Shown here in pieces: positions 30,005 to 43,850 of a stretch of 64,000 bases of DNA; the first letter of the stretch is position 1; every line of letters begins with the position of its first letter. The notes under the pieces are model-generated. The model made no database searches. It worked only from the letters and a program-made list of their open reading frames with translations, and had not been told where the DNA came from. The stretch comes from the human T2T-CHM13v2.0 reference genome, Homo sapiens. Position numbers and translations under genes: made by a program. The stretch lies in assembly GCF_009914755.1 (NCBI RefSeq), contig NC_060947.1; one strand, written 5' to 3'.

Positions 30005-30634
30005 TGCTACTAGGAAGTGGTCTGGATTCAGACCCCAAGAGAGGGTTCTCAGATCTCCCACATGAAAGAATTGGGGGCAAGTCCAGAGAGTAAAGTGAAA
30101 GCAAGTTTATTAAGAAAATAAAGGAATAAAGAATGGCTACTCCATAGGCACAGCAGCTCCGAGGGCTGCTGGTTGCCTATTTTTATGGTTATTTCTTGAT
30201 TGTATGCTAAACAAGGGGTAGATTATTCATGAGTTTTCTGGGAAGGGGACAAGGAATTCCCAGAACTGAGGGTTCCTCTTCCTTTTAGACCTTATAGAGT
30301 AACTTCCAGACATTGCCGTGGCGTTTGTAAACTGGTGTGGCACTGTTGGGAGTGTCTTTTAGCAAGCTAATGCATTATAATTAGCGTATAATGATCAGTG
30401 AGGAAGACTAGAGGTCGCTTTCATCATCATCTTGGTTTTGGAGGATTTTGGTCAGCTTCTTTACTGCAACCTGGTTTATCAGTGGGATTTCTCTGACTTC
30501 TAACTTGTGCCTACCTCTTATCTCCTATGACTAAGAATGCCTAACCTCCTGAGAAGACAGCCCAGCAGGTCTCAACCTCATTTGACCCAGCCCCTATTCA
30601 AGATGGGGTCAAGCTTGTTCAAACACCTCTGACA
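30005..30634 (-). mobile_element. MER41B solo LTR
   Basis: gaccccaagagagggttctc...ttcaaacacctctgaca; TSD AATT; two GAS motifs. Confidence 0.88.
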
Positions 30635-30802
30635 AATTCAGTCCTGAATCTACAGGATGCGGTTGAGAAAGACAGGTGCCAAAACCGGGGAAGGGAAAGT
30701 GCCCCAGTGGTCCAGAGAAAGAGGTGAGAGTCAGTGTGAGGATGGTGACCATACAGGAAGACTACTTGGTGTGAGGTGTTGAAGTTTAAATGAGGGGAAG
30801 GG

Positions 30803-31297
<495 letters not shown>

Positions 31298-31364
31298 TCA
31301 GAATCAAGTAATGGGCTTTGTGATAGTCTTTTTGAGAGATAAAGAAAATAAATATAGGTACTTG

Positions 31365-31968
31365 TTGCTGGGGCTCAGAAACCAAAACCCCAAAATATGG
31401 CATTTTGACATGCTGAACTGAAGAAGCCTCAAGGTCTCTCTGATGACCTCCTTCCTCAACCTTCTCTCCCGAGGAACCTGAAGTTCCCTTATCTGCCTAA
31501 AATTCAGAACCCCAAAGGAAAACAATTGTTTTTTCTTCCTCCCCGTTATCTCTTTATCTGTTGCAGAAAAGACCAGGATGTAACCCCACACCTGAGCAGA
31601 CCTTTTTACCACGATAATGAGTGTCTTCCAAGGATCATTTAAATTCCAGAGAGAACTCTTTACAAATTAATCTCTGTTCTCCTCCTGTCATTCTCCCTAC
31701 AAAGTATTTGTTGCCCCTCAATAGAATTCTTCTCCTCCCCCCACACCGCCCCACCACCTGTTTTAACAGGATCCAAGTCCTAATTCTTTCTGTAATCTCA
31801 GGGTGGCATATAAGCTTCTGAACCGGATTAGGAAGTTGAGCTTCACTCTTATGTCTCCCATATATACACATTAAATAAATTTCTATTCCTCTTCTCCTCT
31901 TAATCAATCTGCCTCATGTCAGTGATTTTTCAGCAAACATTTAGGGGGCCGGTAGCCATGGACCCCAT
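31365..31968 (+). mobile_element. ERV1 solo LTR (MER39/MER34 group)
   Basis: tgctggggctcagaaaccaaaaccccaaaatatggc start; ctgcctcatgtcagtgattttt U5. Confidence 0.7.
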
Positions 31969-32285
31969 CGTATATATGTGTACATATTTTAGTTCTGTTC
32001 ACTAAGAGACTCTGGGCATGAGGACACTCCAATGTTAATGAGAACATTGAGGATCCAGATTTTGTCTTCTACACATTATTATTCGTTTGTAGATTCCAGG
32101 GCTCCTTGGAAAAATTGCAGAATCCTGGGCTGAGTCAGGAGCAGTGTAAGATGGTAATTAGGAATATAACATATCAGAAAATATTCAAAGAGTCATGAGA
32201 TTATGGTAAAAGATGCAAGCCAATTTGGAGAGCTACCACTGGCCAATCTGGGTACAGTTTGAGTATCAAAACAACTAATCATACT

Positions 32286-32648
32286 TGTCAGGCCTCTGAG
32301 CCCAAGCTAAGCCATCATATCCCCTGTGACCTGCATGTACACATCCAGATGGCCGGTTCCTGCCTTAACTGATGACATTGTCTTGTGAAATTCCTTTTCC
32401 TGGCTCATCTGGTCTCAAAAAGCTCCCCTACTGAGCACTTTGTGACCCCCACTCTGCCCGCCAGAGAACAACTCCCCTTTGACTGTAATTTTCCTTTATC
32501 TACCCAAATCCTATAAAACGGCCCCACCCCTATCTCCCTTTGCTGACTCTCTTTTCCGACTCAGCCCGCCTGCACCCAGGTGAAATAAACAGCCATGTTG
32601 CTCACACAAAGCCTGTTTGGTGGTCTCTTCACACGGACGCGCATGAAA
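32286..32648 (+). mobile_element. LTR7 solo LTR (HERV-H)
   Basis: TGTCAGGCCTCTGAGCCC...GCATGAAA; perfect TSD ATACT; TATAAAA 32512-32518; AATAAA 32584-32589. Confidence 0.96.
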
Positions 32649-33328
32649 ATACTAATGGATTATAAGTTATTGAGTGAAATGAGAAACAGCAAGTTCATAT
32701 TGATATGGATAAAGTGAGTAGAAAATTTGATGAGGAAGAGGATATTTTCACAGTTTGAAGGAACTGCCCAGTGGATACTGTGATGGCTAATATTGAGTGT
32801 CAACTTGACTGGATTGAAGGATGCAAAGTATTGTCCCTGGGTGTGTCTGTGAGGGTGTTGCCAAAGGAGATTAACATTTGAGTCAGTGGACTGGGAAAGG
32901 CAGACCCACCCTCAATCTGTGTGGACACGATCTAATCAGCTGCTAGCGTTGCTAGAATCAAAGCAGGCAGAAGAACCTTGTGATGATTAATACTGAGTGT
33001 CAACTTGATTGGATTGAAGGATACAAATTGTTGATCCTGGGTGTGTCTGTGATGGTGTTGCCAAAGGAAGTTAACATTTGAGTCAGTGGGCTGGGAAAGG
33101 CAGACCCACCATTAATCAGGGTGGGCACCATCTCATCAGCTGCCAGTGCAGCTAGAATATAAGCAGGCAGAAAAATGTGAAAAAGAGAGACTGGCCTAGC
33201 CTCCCAGCCTACATATTCCTTCCATGCTGGATGCTTCCTGCCCTCTAACATCGAACGCCAAGTTCTTCAGTTTTGGAACTCAGACTGGCTTTCTTGCTCC
33301 TCAGCCTGCAGACTGCCTATTGTGGGAT

Positions 33329-33681
33329 TGATATGGTTTGGCCGTGTCTCGACCCAAATCTCAACTTGAATTATATCTCCCTGAATTCCCGCGTGCTGTG
33401 GGAGGGATCCTGGGGCAGGTAATTGAATCATGGGGTCTGGTCTTTCCTGTGCTATTCTTGTGACAGTGAATAAGTCTCACGAGATCTAATGGGTTTATCA
33501 GGGGTTTCCGCTTTTGCTTCTTCCTCATTTTCTCTTGCTTACACCATGAAAGAAGTGCCTTTCACCTTCTGCCATGATTCTGAGGCCTCCCCAGCCATGT
33601 GGAACTGTAAGGCCAGTTAAACCTCTTTTCTTCCCTGTCTTGGGTATGTCTTTATCAGCAGTGTGAAAACAGACTAATACA
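33329..33681 (+). mobile_element. THE1A solo LTR
   Basis: TGATATGGTTTGGC...GACTAATACA; TSD GGGAT/GGGAC. Confidence 0.9.
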
Positions 33682-33740
33682 GGGACCTTGTGATTGGGAT
33701 TGTGATTGTGTGAGTTAATACTTAATAAACTCCCCTTTAT

Positions 33741-34045
<305 letters not shown>

Positions 34046-34798
34046 TAAATTCCCCTTTATATAGATGTATATATATAATATATATCCCATTAACTCTGTC
34101 TTTCTAGAGAACCCTGACTAATACAAATGTGGAAGGACTAGACTGGCTTAGTCTTCAGGCCTACATCTTTCTCCCGTGCTGGATAATTCCCACCCTTGAA
34201 CATCATACTCCAAGTTCTTCAGCTCTGGGACTCAGACCTGCAACCACCGACTGTAGGCTGCACTGTCAGCTTCCCTACTTTTGAGGTTTTGGGACTCAGA
34301 CTGGCTTCCTTGCTCCTCAGCTTGCAGCTGGCCTTTTGTGGGACTTCACCTTGTGTCGTGTGAGTCAATACTCCTTAATAAATTCCCCATATATACACAT
34401 CTATCGTATTAGTTATGTTCCTCTAGATAACTCTGACTAAAGGCAAATGTGTAATTTTACTTTGGAGAAGCATGACAAACACCACCTTTGCTGAGTAATC
34501 AAGGTGAGCATCATTGATGCACACTTTTGTTCCGGGGTCAGGAAACATCACCACAAAGGCCATCTAGGTGCTGGGTGAACCTAGAAAATGCTGCCCTACT
34601 ACTGCTCACCAGCTGTAGGTGGAGTTCCTTGAGAGACAATCAGGGACATGAAAAGCTTGAGTTTGCTCATCTGACACTGGTGGTCCTCTTGTAAGATCCT
34701 CAAAGAGCAGTTCAGGATCAAAATTCTTTCCTGGACAGAACCACCAGTCTCCATTCTTTCATTTCTTTCTATAGTTTTTACCAGTTTACTTGTTGTTT

Positions 34799-36067
34799 TG
34801 TAGCTGCCCAATGGGTTCTTGCCTGCTGCCTAGACAGAGGGGATTTATCAACCGAGGAGAATTGCAATAGGGAAAGAGTAATTCACGCACAGCCGGCTAT
34901 GTGGGAAACAAGAGTTTTATTGTTAAATGTTACTTAAATCAGTCTCCCTGAGAATTCGGGGATCAGAGTTTTTCAGGGAAGTTTGGTGGGTAGGGAGCCA
35001 GTGAGTCAGGAGTTCTGATTGGCCGGGTTGGAGATGGAAATCACAGTGAAGTGGCCTCGTTGTCTGGGGTGACATCCAGAGTTTTTGGTCTCATGGCCAA
35101 GGAAATCAAGGATGCAGACACTCCAAGGGTGAGGTTTAGAGCAGAAATTTAATAGGAGAAAGAAAGAGAACAGCTCTCTGCTACAGAGAGGGATCCTGGA
35201 AAAAGGGCTGCTGTTTTGCAAAGCTTTTATAAGAAACTGATGAGGGCTGGTCATCTCGTTTGCATAATGCACAAACTTCTGGTAGATCCAACCCATCCTC
35301 CTAATGCACACGTGGGCCCTTAACTTGAGTTACTCCATATTGCTTTGTTCCCCTTACTGCACATGTGTGAGGGAATGGAATTTTCCATTGCAGGTATGTC
35401 TTGGCAAGTCACTTGTGCATGCTTTCTTATCTGTGTGTCTATGGGCATGTCTTAGGCAAGCTCTCCCCACTCCCTTGCAAGCTCCCTTATCTGTGTCTGC
35501 AGGCTGTTCTTTTGTTTAAAATAATTCAGCTGAGGACCCACTCTAACTGCCTGCCTGACCAGGTTTTTTCCTTTCTCCTCTCTCAATAGGTACTCAAAGC
35601 TCTTCTCTTGTGCTGAGTCAGCTCCTGGGTGGGGACCACAAGATTAAATGAGCCAGTTTATGGATCGGGGTGGTACCAGCTGATCCATTGGGTGCAGGGT
35701 CTGCAAAATATCTCAAGCTCTGATCTTAGGCTTTACAATAGTGATGTTAACCCCAGGAGGAGTTTGGGGAGGTTCAGAATCTTGCAGCCTCTGCCTGTGA
35801 CTCCTAAACCATAATTTCTAATATTTTAACTAACTTGTTAGTCCTACAAAGGCAGTCTAGTGCCTAAGCAAGAAGGAGGTTTGTTTTGGGAAAGGGCTGT
35901 GATTGTCTTTGCTTCAAACTATAAAGAATAAACTAAGTTCCTACCAAAGTTAGTTCAGCCTATGGCCAGGAGTGGAAAAGGACAGCTTGGAGGTTAGAAG
36001 CAAGATGGAGCTTGTTAGGTCAGATCTCTTTCACTTTCTCAGTTATAATTTAGCAATGGCAGTTTCA
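34799..36067 (-). mobile_element. LTR8-family solo LTR split by MER61
   Basis: Homologous to 25873-26563; TSD GTTT. Confidence 0.85.
35047..35585 (-). mobile_element. MER61 solo LTR
   Basis: Minus strand starts tgagagaggagaaaggaaaaaacctggtcaggcaggcagttag; TSD ACAG/ATAG; p53 motifs. Confidence 0.8.
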
Positions 36068-36109
36068 GTTTCATCTCTGTTTTCTTTTCTTCCTTGAGAC
36101 TTTTTTTAA

Positions 36110-36408
<299 letters not shown>

Positions 36409-36469
36409 CCCTAGAGACTTTAAGAGACCACATAGTCTTTAGTTGCTTTCATGAGAACCCAGAACATTA

Positions 36470-37625
36470 ATGACTAGTGTTATTTTAGAATTACTATTCA
36501 ATGCAGTATGCAGAAGGCAATGAAATATATTGTGCCAATTATAAAGGAGGAAGTAGAGTAATTATATCGGGGTGAAGGGACAATTTTGTAACTAAAACTT
36601 AAGAGAACCAAGCAGAAAGTAAGAATGGAGATGTTAAGTCAGTAAAGTAACATAGTTGGTCATGAAATTAACACACATATTCAATATATTCCCCACATCA
36701 AAGTAATAATCTGTTAGGAAATAAACTGACAGGAAAACAACTCATTTGTGTTACCAAATAGGCAAAATACAAATAAAATACTTCAAAACTAACTTAACAA
36801 GCCAGGTACAATATAAATTTAGAGAAAATGTTGAAACATTACTGGCATATATTAAGTAAGTATTAAGTTAGTGGGAAAACATATTATTTTTTTCTTGGTG
36901 AGGAAGACTCTGTGTTGTAAAGATGTCAGTCTCCCTAAATTAATTTGTAAATTGAAGGCAATATCAATGTAAATGCCAACAGAATTTCTTTGAGTTCTAG
37001 AAAAGCTGATTTTAAAAGAAATGGGGGAGGAACAGCCCACCTATATATCCAGATTTATAACGCTACATTTATTAAAGCTACTTGGGGTTGGCACAGAAAT
37101 ATACATAGAGAGTAATTGATGGGACAAACGGCCCATAAATAGATTGGTACACAGAAAGGAATTTGGTACATGACAAAGGGAGCACTGCAAATCAGTGAGG
37201 AAGAGAGAATGCATTTAACAAAAAGTTGTGTGTTCTGACCATTAGAGGGAAAAATACATGCATGTACACATATATGTGCATGTATACATATATATATTCA
37301 TGCATACATGTATATGTAACTAAATTTGCTACTATATTTAGTAACTATGTACATATTTATACACATACAATATGCTAAATTCAACTATATAAGAATGCAT
37401 ATAGATGTAGATTTCTACTTATCTACTTGTGGTTTATATTCTTTCTTATATACAATTAAATTTAAGTGTAGAAATTCTAAAAGGGAGCAGAGTTTATTTT
37501 ACAAACATGGTGTTGAAGTGGAGATAACTTTCAAAGAAAGACAGAAACCCTGTGCACCACAAAGATTGATGAATTTGGGCACAGATAAGTTTACAATTTC
37601 TATATTCAAAAATAAACTATAAATG
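36470..37625 (+). mobile_element. Ancient L1M ORF2 fragments
   Basis: ggaagactctgtgttgtaaagatgtcagtctccctaaattaatt and similar degraded L1 motifs. Confidence 0.65.
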
Positions 37626-37779
37626 AAATTAAAAGAGAAAAATTTAAAACCCTCATATCTGCTGGACTAGGTCGTACTGGATTTAAGGATAGGGATGCTT
37701 CCTTTCATTTACACAGTTGCTCAGTATCAACAGAACTCCTGGACCTTGTATGCTGTGTTCTAGGCAATTACTCTAGAAA

Positions 37780-38321
37780 TGTCAGAGGCATTCATACCTG
37801 AGCAACTCCATCTTGAGATAGGGCTAGGAAAAATGAGGCTGGAACTTCCTGGGCTGCATTCCAAGGAGGTTAGGTACTCCTAGCCTCTAGATGTTTACGG
37901 TTAAGGGGAGAATAGATTAATAATGTTTACCAAACAGACCCAAATTCAGGAATGTACTGGATATCCCGATATCTTGACAACAAAAGCATTCCTAATTTTG
38001 CTTTAAAGACAATAATATCGATTCTTGCAAAATATAGTAAGGAAAATTAATCCCTTATCACAAATGCTTGTAATACAGCACATCTCCCCGTGATTTTTTG
38101 TTATCCTCTATATAAACAAGCATTGTACCTAGGGTGGGCGCATTTCTCCTTTTACTTTCAGGAACAGCCTACTCTGTCTATGGAGGAGCTATTCTTTCAC
38201 CACTTTACTTTCTTAACAAACTTGCTTTCGCTTTGCACTGTAGACTCGCCCCAAATTCTTTCTTGCAGAAGATCCAAGAGCTCTCTCTTGGGGTTTGGAT
38301 TGGGACCCCTTTCTGATAGCA
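37780..38321 (+). mobile_element. MER41 solo LTR (C/D-like)
   Basis: TGTCAGAGGC...GGGACCCCTTTCTGATAGCA; TSD GAAA. Confidence 0.87.
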
Positions 38322-38579
38322 GAAACATTAGATTATCGATTGATTGTGTTAATCAGAATTCCATATTTTCAAACCTGAATTTTTTCCCCACATGCAGGCC
38401 AGGGGAATTGACTCATGTATCCTAAGGAAGTAAGACTCACTGAAAGTCCCAGAATTCATCCTTTCCCTTAACAGAAAATTAACTGTGGGATATGAGGGGG
38501 TAAAAAATCAACACCGTGAAAAGAGCTGGCTGAAGTATAAAAAAGTGGTCCAAGCTACAGAGCTCTCTGACTTATAGAA

Positions 38580-39700
38580 ATTTTTTTTTGGTTTTATTTT
38601 TTTTTTTTGGTAACTGTTTTATTCAGATATAATTCACCCATTTAAGGTGTAAAATTCAATGGGTTTTAGCACAGTAAAATGATTGTGCAACCATAATCAC
38701 AACCTAGTTTAGAATATTTTCATCATCCCCAAAAGAAATACTGTATTCGTCGGCTATTACCCTGCATTCCACCCCCATACCCCACCACAACCCCAGCCTC
38801 AGGCAAGCACTAATATATTGATGATCTCTATAGATTTGCCTGTTCTAGACATTTATATAAATATAATCAAAAGTGGTATTGTTTCTGGCTTATTTCACTT
38901 AGCATAATGTTTTCAAGGCACATGGATGTTGCAGCATGTACCAGTACTTCATTCCTTTCTATGGTTAGCTATTCCGTTGCCTGGCTATATCACATTTTGT
39001 TTATCCACCCGTCAATTAATGAACGTGTCAGTTATTCAACTTTGGTCTTCTTTTTTGAGAATGATTTGGCTATTCAGAGTGCCTTGCAATTCCATGTGAA
39101 TTTCAGGATCAACTTTTTCACTTCTGACATAGTCCACTGGGATTTTGCTGGGGATTGTGGTGATTCAGGAGACCACCCTGTCAAATACAATCTTCTTAGC
39201 AATATCGGGTCTTCCAAACCTAGAACACAAGATGCCTTTCCACTTATGTAGGTCTTCATTAATTACCTTGAGCAAATGTTCGTACTTTTCAGAGTCTAAG
39301 TGTTGTACCGCTTTCTGTAATTTACTCCTAAGTAATGTATTTTATTTTTTGTTGCTATTGCAACTTGAATTATTTTTCGTAATTTTGTTTTTGGATCATC
39401 CATTGGAAGCATATAGAAATTCAATTGACTTTTTAAATATTGATCTTGCATCTTTAGAATTTTCTTGTTACAAGATCATGACATCTGCAAATAGATATTG
39501 TTTTACTTCTTCCTTGCCAGTATGCATGCCTTTCATTTTATTCCTTTTTTTTAATGACATAATTGCCTTGGCTAGAACCTCCAGTATAATGTTTAATAGA
39601 AGTGGTGAGAGCAGAAATCTTTGTCTTGTTCCTGATATTAGGGGAAAAGCATCCAGCCTTTCACCATTACGTATGATGCTAGCTCTTGTTGTTTTTGTAT
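38580..39700 (-). mobile_element. L1M (L1MB-like) 3' UTR and ORF2 fragments
   Basis: Minus ORF 39468-39764 translates to L1 reverse-transcriptase motifs (SGTRQ...LSPLLLNIILEVLA...LFAD). Confidence 0.85.
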
Positions 39701-40979
39701 TTGTACTGCAGAGAATTTTGTTGGATTCCCATACATGGGGAAAGAGAAATAAAATCCGGTTCATGGTGTGTGTTCAAAATATGACATATATATTTCCATT
39801 CAGCTGTGGTGTGTGACTATTCAATAAATAATCTTAAACTTATGTTGATAATTATGAATTTTTAAATAACATTAGTAGAATTTAACATTTACCAAAATTA
39901 AAATTCAACGTTAATGCTTTCCCCAAAACAAACAACGACCAAAAAATTAAAAACAGACATTAGGTTTACTCCATGATATTAAAATACAAGTTTTATTTAC
40001 AGTGCTATGAACCAAATGAGTGGTAATCTTAGAATTTATTTAAAATATATTAACAACATGGTATTTTAAAATTATCTTGAATAGCTTAATTAACTTGTCA
40101 GTTTCCTTAAAAAAAAAAAAAGTAATGCTACCTTACAACTATAAAGCACTTTTCCATTTATAAGAGAGTCTCATAATCATTACCTCATGTTAATCTCTCA
40201 ATTTTGAGACAGGTAAAATGCATATGCATTTGAGGAATAAGGAGACTGGGTTTCAGAGACATTGCATATGGGTAGGAACATAGCTGTTTGCTGGCGAAGC
40301 TTGTGCTAAAAATGGACCCCCCTCATTCAGTTTTCTGAGGTCTCCTGTCCACTCAAAACTTGCTCTTCTTGATGTAATGTTTTCAGAATGGTCTGTCAAT
40401 CTCATGCCACCTGTACTTTCCAGCACAGAGAGCACAAATGCACAAGGTTGAATTATTAAAAAAGTTAAATCACAGGAAATCAAAAGAACATTCAAGTATC
40501 ACAAGAAATTAGGATGCAAAATAAAAGCTATATTTAAATACATGATTATGGGCTGTTGGCACTAACTCGTGTCATTTTTGTCATCAGGTGCTTTACTAGG
40601 GTGAGTTAATGATGTATATACATGAGTTCAAAACTTTTCTAAATACATATTTTAGGCAAAGCTATGTCAGTCTCCAGGATGGGATTCTATCTTGTCAAAA
40701 GTCTATGCAATCTATAACATTCCATAATTCAATTAATTTCAGAATATTTAAAGGGCTATTCATCATTTCTAGATTGGTGAAAATTCAACATATTGTCTTG
40801 TGCATTGAGTCTTAAGATATCTACATTATATTAAAGAATTCTGAGGCAGAAAAAAAAAACAGAGAGACTTTTCCTTGTAAAGGTGAGATTTCATGAGTTA
40901 CCGGGCCTACAAAGTAAAAATGGTCTAGTCAATGGAAAAGGGGTTAAAAGACGATATTCATCCATGTTTAGGGATTTTT

Positions 40980-40994
40980 CTCTCTTTCTTTTTC

Positions 40995-41031
<37 letters not shown>

Positions 41032-41305
41032 TTTTTTTTTGACAGGGTCTTTTTCTGTTGCCCCGGCAGAAATGTAGTCAGGGCCCACTGCAGCCTTGAC
41101 CTCCCAGGCTCAAGGCATTCTCCTGCCTCAGCCTGTAGCTAGAACAACAGGCATGCGGACCATGCCCAGCTAATTTTTTATTTTTTGTACAGATGAGGGT
41201 CTCACTATGTTGCCCAGCTGGTCTCGAACTCCTAGACTCAAATGATTTTCCTGCCTTGGTCTCATAGAATTCTGAAATTACAGGTGTGAGCCACTGCACC
41301 CGGCT
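40980..41305 (-). mobile_element. AluJ with long T-rich tail
   Basis: Degraded Alu; flanks GGGATTTTTC. Confidence 0.85.
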
Positions 41306-41688
41306 GGGATTTTTCACATTTAGGTCTAGGAAACATTTTTTTTTTTTTTTTGGTGGCTCCAATGCATGTATCAAGAATATAATGACACAGGTTTGTTTTA
41401 TGGGATGACAGATAATTGCTCTGCAAGCATGCTGACAATCCTATAAGTATGATTTGCAGTAAGCCCCCAAACACATTTTCCCATGTGTCTTCTGTGATAA
41501 CAATAGAAGGCCTTCCTGCTACTCATCCATGCACACAGGGCAAATTCTCTCATCCACAGTTGAAATAACCAGAGAATTTAGGCAGCACTTGGGGAGCCTG
41601 CAGTATAATTTTGAGAAGCACCCATAACTGCTAATGAGCTGATTGTTTCCAGTGAAATCGTAGGCACATTGTGAACTCTGAAAATTTG

Positions 41689-41935
41689 TTCTTTCTTTCT
41701 TTCTTCCTCTTTCTTTTCTTTCTTTCTTTCTTTTCTTTTCTTTCTTTCTTTTCTTTCTTTCTCTTTCTCTCTTTCTTCCTTTCTTTCTCCCTTCCTTCCT
41801 TCCTTTTCTTTTCTTTCTTTCTTTTTCTTTTTCTTTCTTTTCTTTTCTTTCTCTCTTTTCATTCTCTCTTTTCTTTCTCTCTCTTTCTTTCTCTTCTTTC
41901 TTTCCCTCCTTCCTTCCTTCCTTCCTTCCTTCTGT
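41689..41935. repeat. Compound (TTTC)/(CT)/(CCTT) polypyrimidine tract
   Basis: About 245 bp, almost purely C/T; expanded tail of the adjacent Alu. Confidence 0.95.
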
Positions 41936-42201
41936 TTATGAGACAGAGTCTCACTCTGTCACTCAGGCTGGAGTGCAGTGGCACAATTTCGGATCAGCCT
42001 CGACTTCCTAGACTCAGGTGATCCTCCCATCTCAACCTCCTGAGTGGCTAGCACTACAAGCATGCACCACCAAGTCCTGCTCAGTTTTTGTATTTTTTGT
42101 AGAGACGGGGTTTCACCGTGTTGCCCAGGCTGGTCTCAAACTCCTGGCCTCAGGTAATCCTCCCATCTCAGATTACAGGTGTGAGCTACTGCACCTGGCC
42201 C
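41936..42201 (-). mobile_element. AluJ
   Basis: Alu body following the pyrimidine tract. Confidence 0.88.
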
Positions 42202-42284
42202 CAAGAAATGATTTTCTTTTGAAAATGTCATCAGAATACATGATGAGTCACCCCAGAATTGCCCTCTGGCTCTTTGGTCTGCAG

Positions 42285-42757
42285 GTTCATCATGTCAGTA
42301 TTCACAATAGCAAAGACATGGAATCAACCTAAATGGCCTATCAGTGGTGGACTGGATGGAGAAAATGTGGTACATATACACCATGGAATACTACACAGCC
42401 ATAAAAAGAATGAAATCATGTTACTTGCAGCAGCATGGATTCAGCCGGGGGACATTATCCTGAGTGAATTAATGCAGGAACAGAGAACGAAATACCCAAA
42501 CACTGCATGTTCTCACTCACAAGTGGGAGCTAAACATGGGTACTCATGGACCTAAAGATGGAAACAGCAGACACTGGATTAGTAGAATGAGGAGGAAGAG
42601 AGGGTGGCAAGGTTTAGAAAAGTAACTGTTGGGTCCAATGTCACTACTTGGGTGATGGGATCATCTGTGCCACAAACCTCAGTGTCACACAATATACCCA
42701 GGTAACAAACCTGCACATGTACTCCCTGAATCTAAAATAAAAATTGAAATTAAAAAA
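42285..42757 (+). mobile_element. L1P (L1PB-like) 3' end
   Basis: ttcacaatagcaaagacatggaatcaacc...aacctgcacatgtactccctgaatctaaaataaaa. Confidence 0.9.
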
Positions 42758-43214
42758 CACAGCGTATTTACATGTTTAAAGCCTTTCCTGTACGTTGCTG
42801 TATTTTTTTTCCAGAAACTTACAGCAATTTATCTCCCACCAGAAACCGTGGGGTGTCGTTTACTTCCCTCAGATGCCACTAATATTTTTTTCCAATGGAG
42901 TGGTAAAACATTTTCACTTTTAGTAAGACCACAACACCAAGGCCAACAGGGCTACTGATGTCCAGTTCCTAAGTTTACTCTCTGCCCTGCATCTCTCCTG
43001 TACCTTTCTTTCACAGCTTCTCTATCAATACTATGAACTCCAGTCCCTGCAGAATGCAGCAGTTTCTTGAATGAATGCTTTATGACCTTTTGTTCTTCCC
43101 AGCATTTGCAGGTGCTATCCCCTTGGTCTGGCATGTTCTTATCCACCCTTTGCTACTTATCCTTTTCTTGCTCCAGCTTCTTGATGCAATTGGGATTTTG
43201 CTTTCTTGTCTTGG

Positions 43215-43850
43215 CTGTTTCATTTTATGCGTCGACTTGCCCGGGGTTAAGGTGCGCTCCTGTTTTGTCAGAGACCAGTTGCGATGATGCTGTGAAGGTA
43301 TTATGTAGGTATGATTAACATTTACAATAATATGCTTTGACAAAAGCAGAATGCCCTCTGTGATGTGTGTGGGTGTCTTAGTCCACTTGAACTGCTATTA
43401 CAAAAACACCATAGACTAGGAGGTTTACACAACAGACATTTGTTTCTCATAGTTCTAGAGGCTGGCAGTCCAAGATCAAGGTGTGCCAGATTCTGTGTCT
43501 GGTGAGGGCTCTCTTCCTGGTTCATAGATGGCAGTTTCTTGCTGTGTCTACACATGGTGGAAGGAGTGAGGGAGCTTTCTACAGTCTCTTTCATAAAGGC
43601 ACTAATCCCATTCCTGTGGGCTCTGCCCTCATCACTTCCCAAAGCCCTCACCTCCTAACATCATCACCTGGGGAATTAAGATTTCAATGTATGAATTTTG
43701 TAGGGGACACGCACATTCATTCTGTAACAGAGGGCTTCATTCAATCATTGAGGGCTTTAAAAGCAAAAACTGAGGATTCCTCAAGAAGAAGGACTTCTGC
43801 CTCCAGCCTGCAACATAGAAGTCCTGCCTACACTTCAAACTTTCAGATTG
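43215..43850 (+). mobile_element. MLT2D-like LTR fragment split by MLT1A
   Basis: ttttatgcgtcgacttg...aagcagaatgccctc; resumes cttcattcaatcattgagggc. Confidence 0.65.
43374..43729 (-). mobile_element. MLT1A-like LTR
   Basis: TGTCTTAGTCC...CATTCATTCTGTAACA; TSD GTGGG/GAGGG. Confidence 0.85.

Noticed and set aside
39145-39816. Longest ORF in the window (223 aa, hydrophobic)
   Set aside because: Antisense reading of T-rich degraded L1 ORF2; the opposite strand shows the reverse-transcriptase motifs
41578-42021. K/E/R-rich and F/L/S-rich ORFs
   Set aside because: Translations of the CT microsatellite and adjacent Alu
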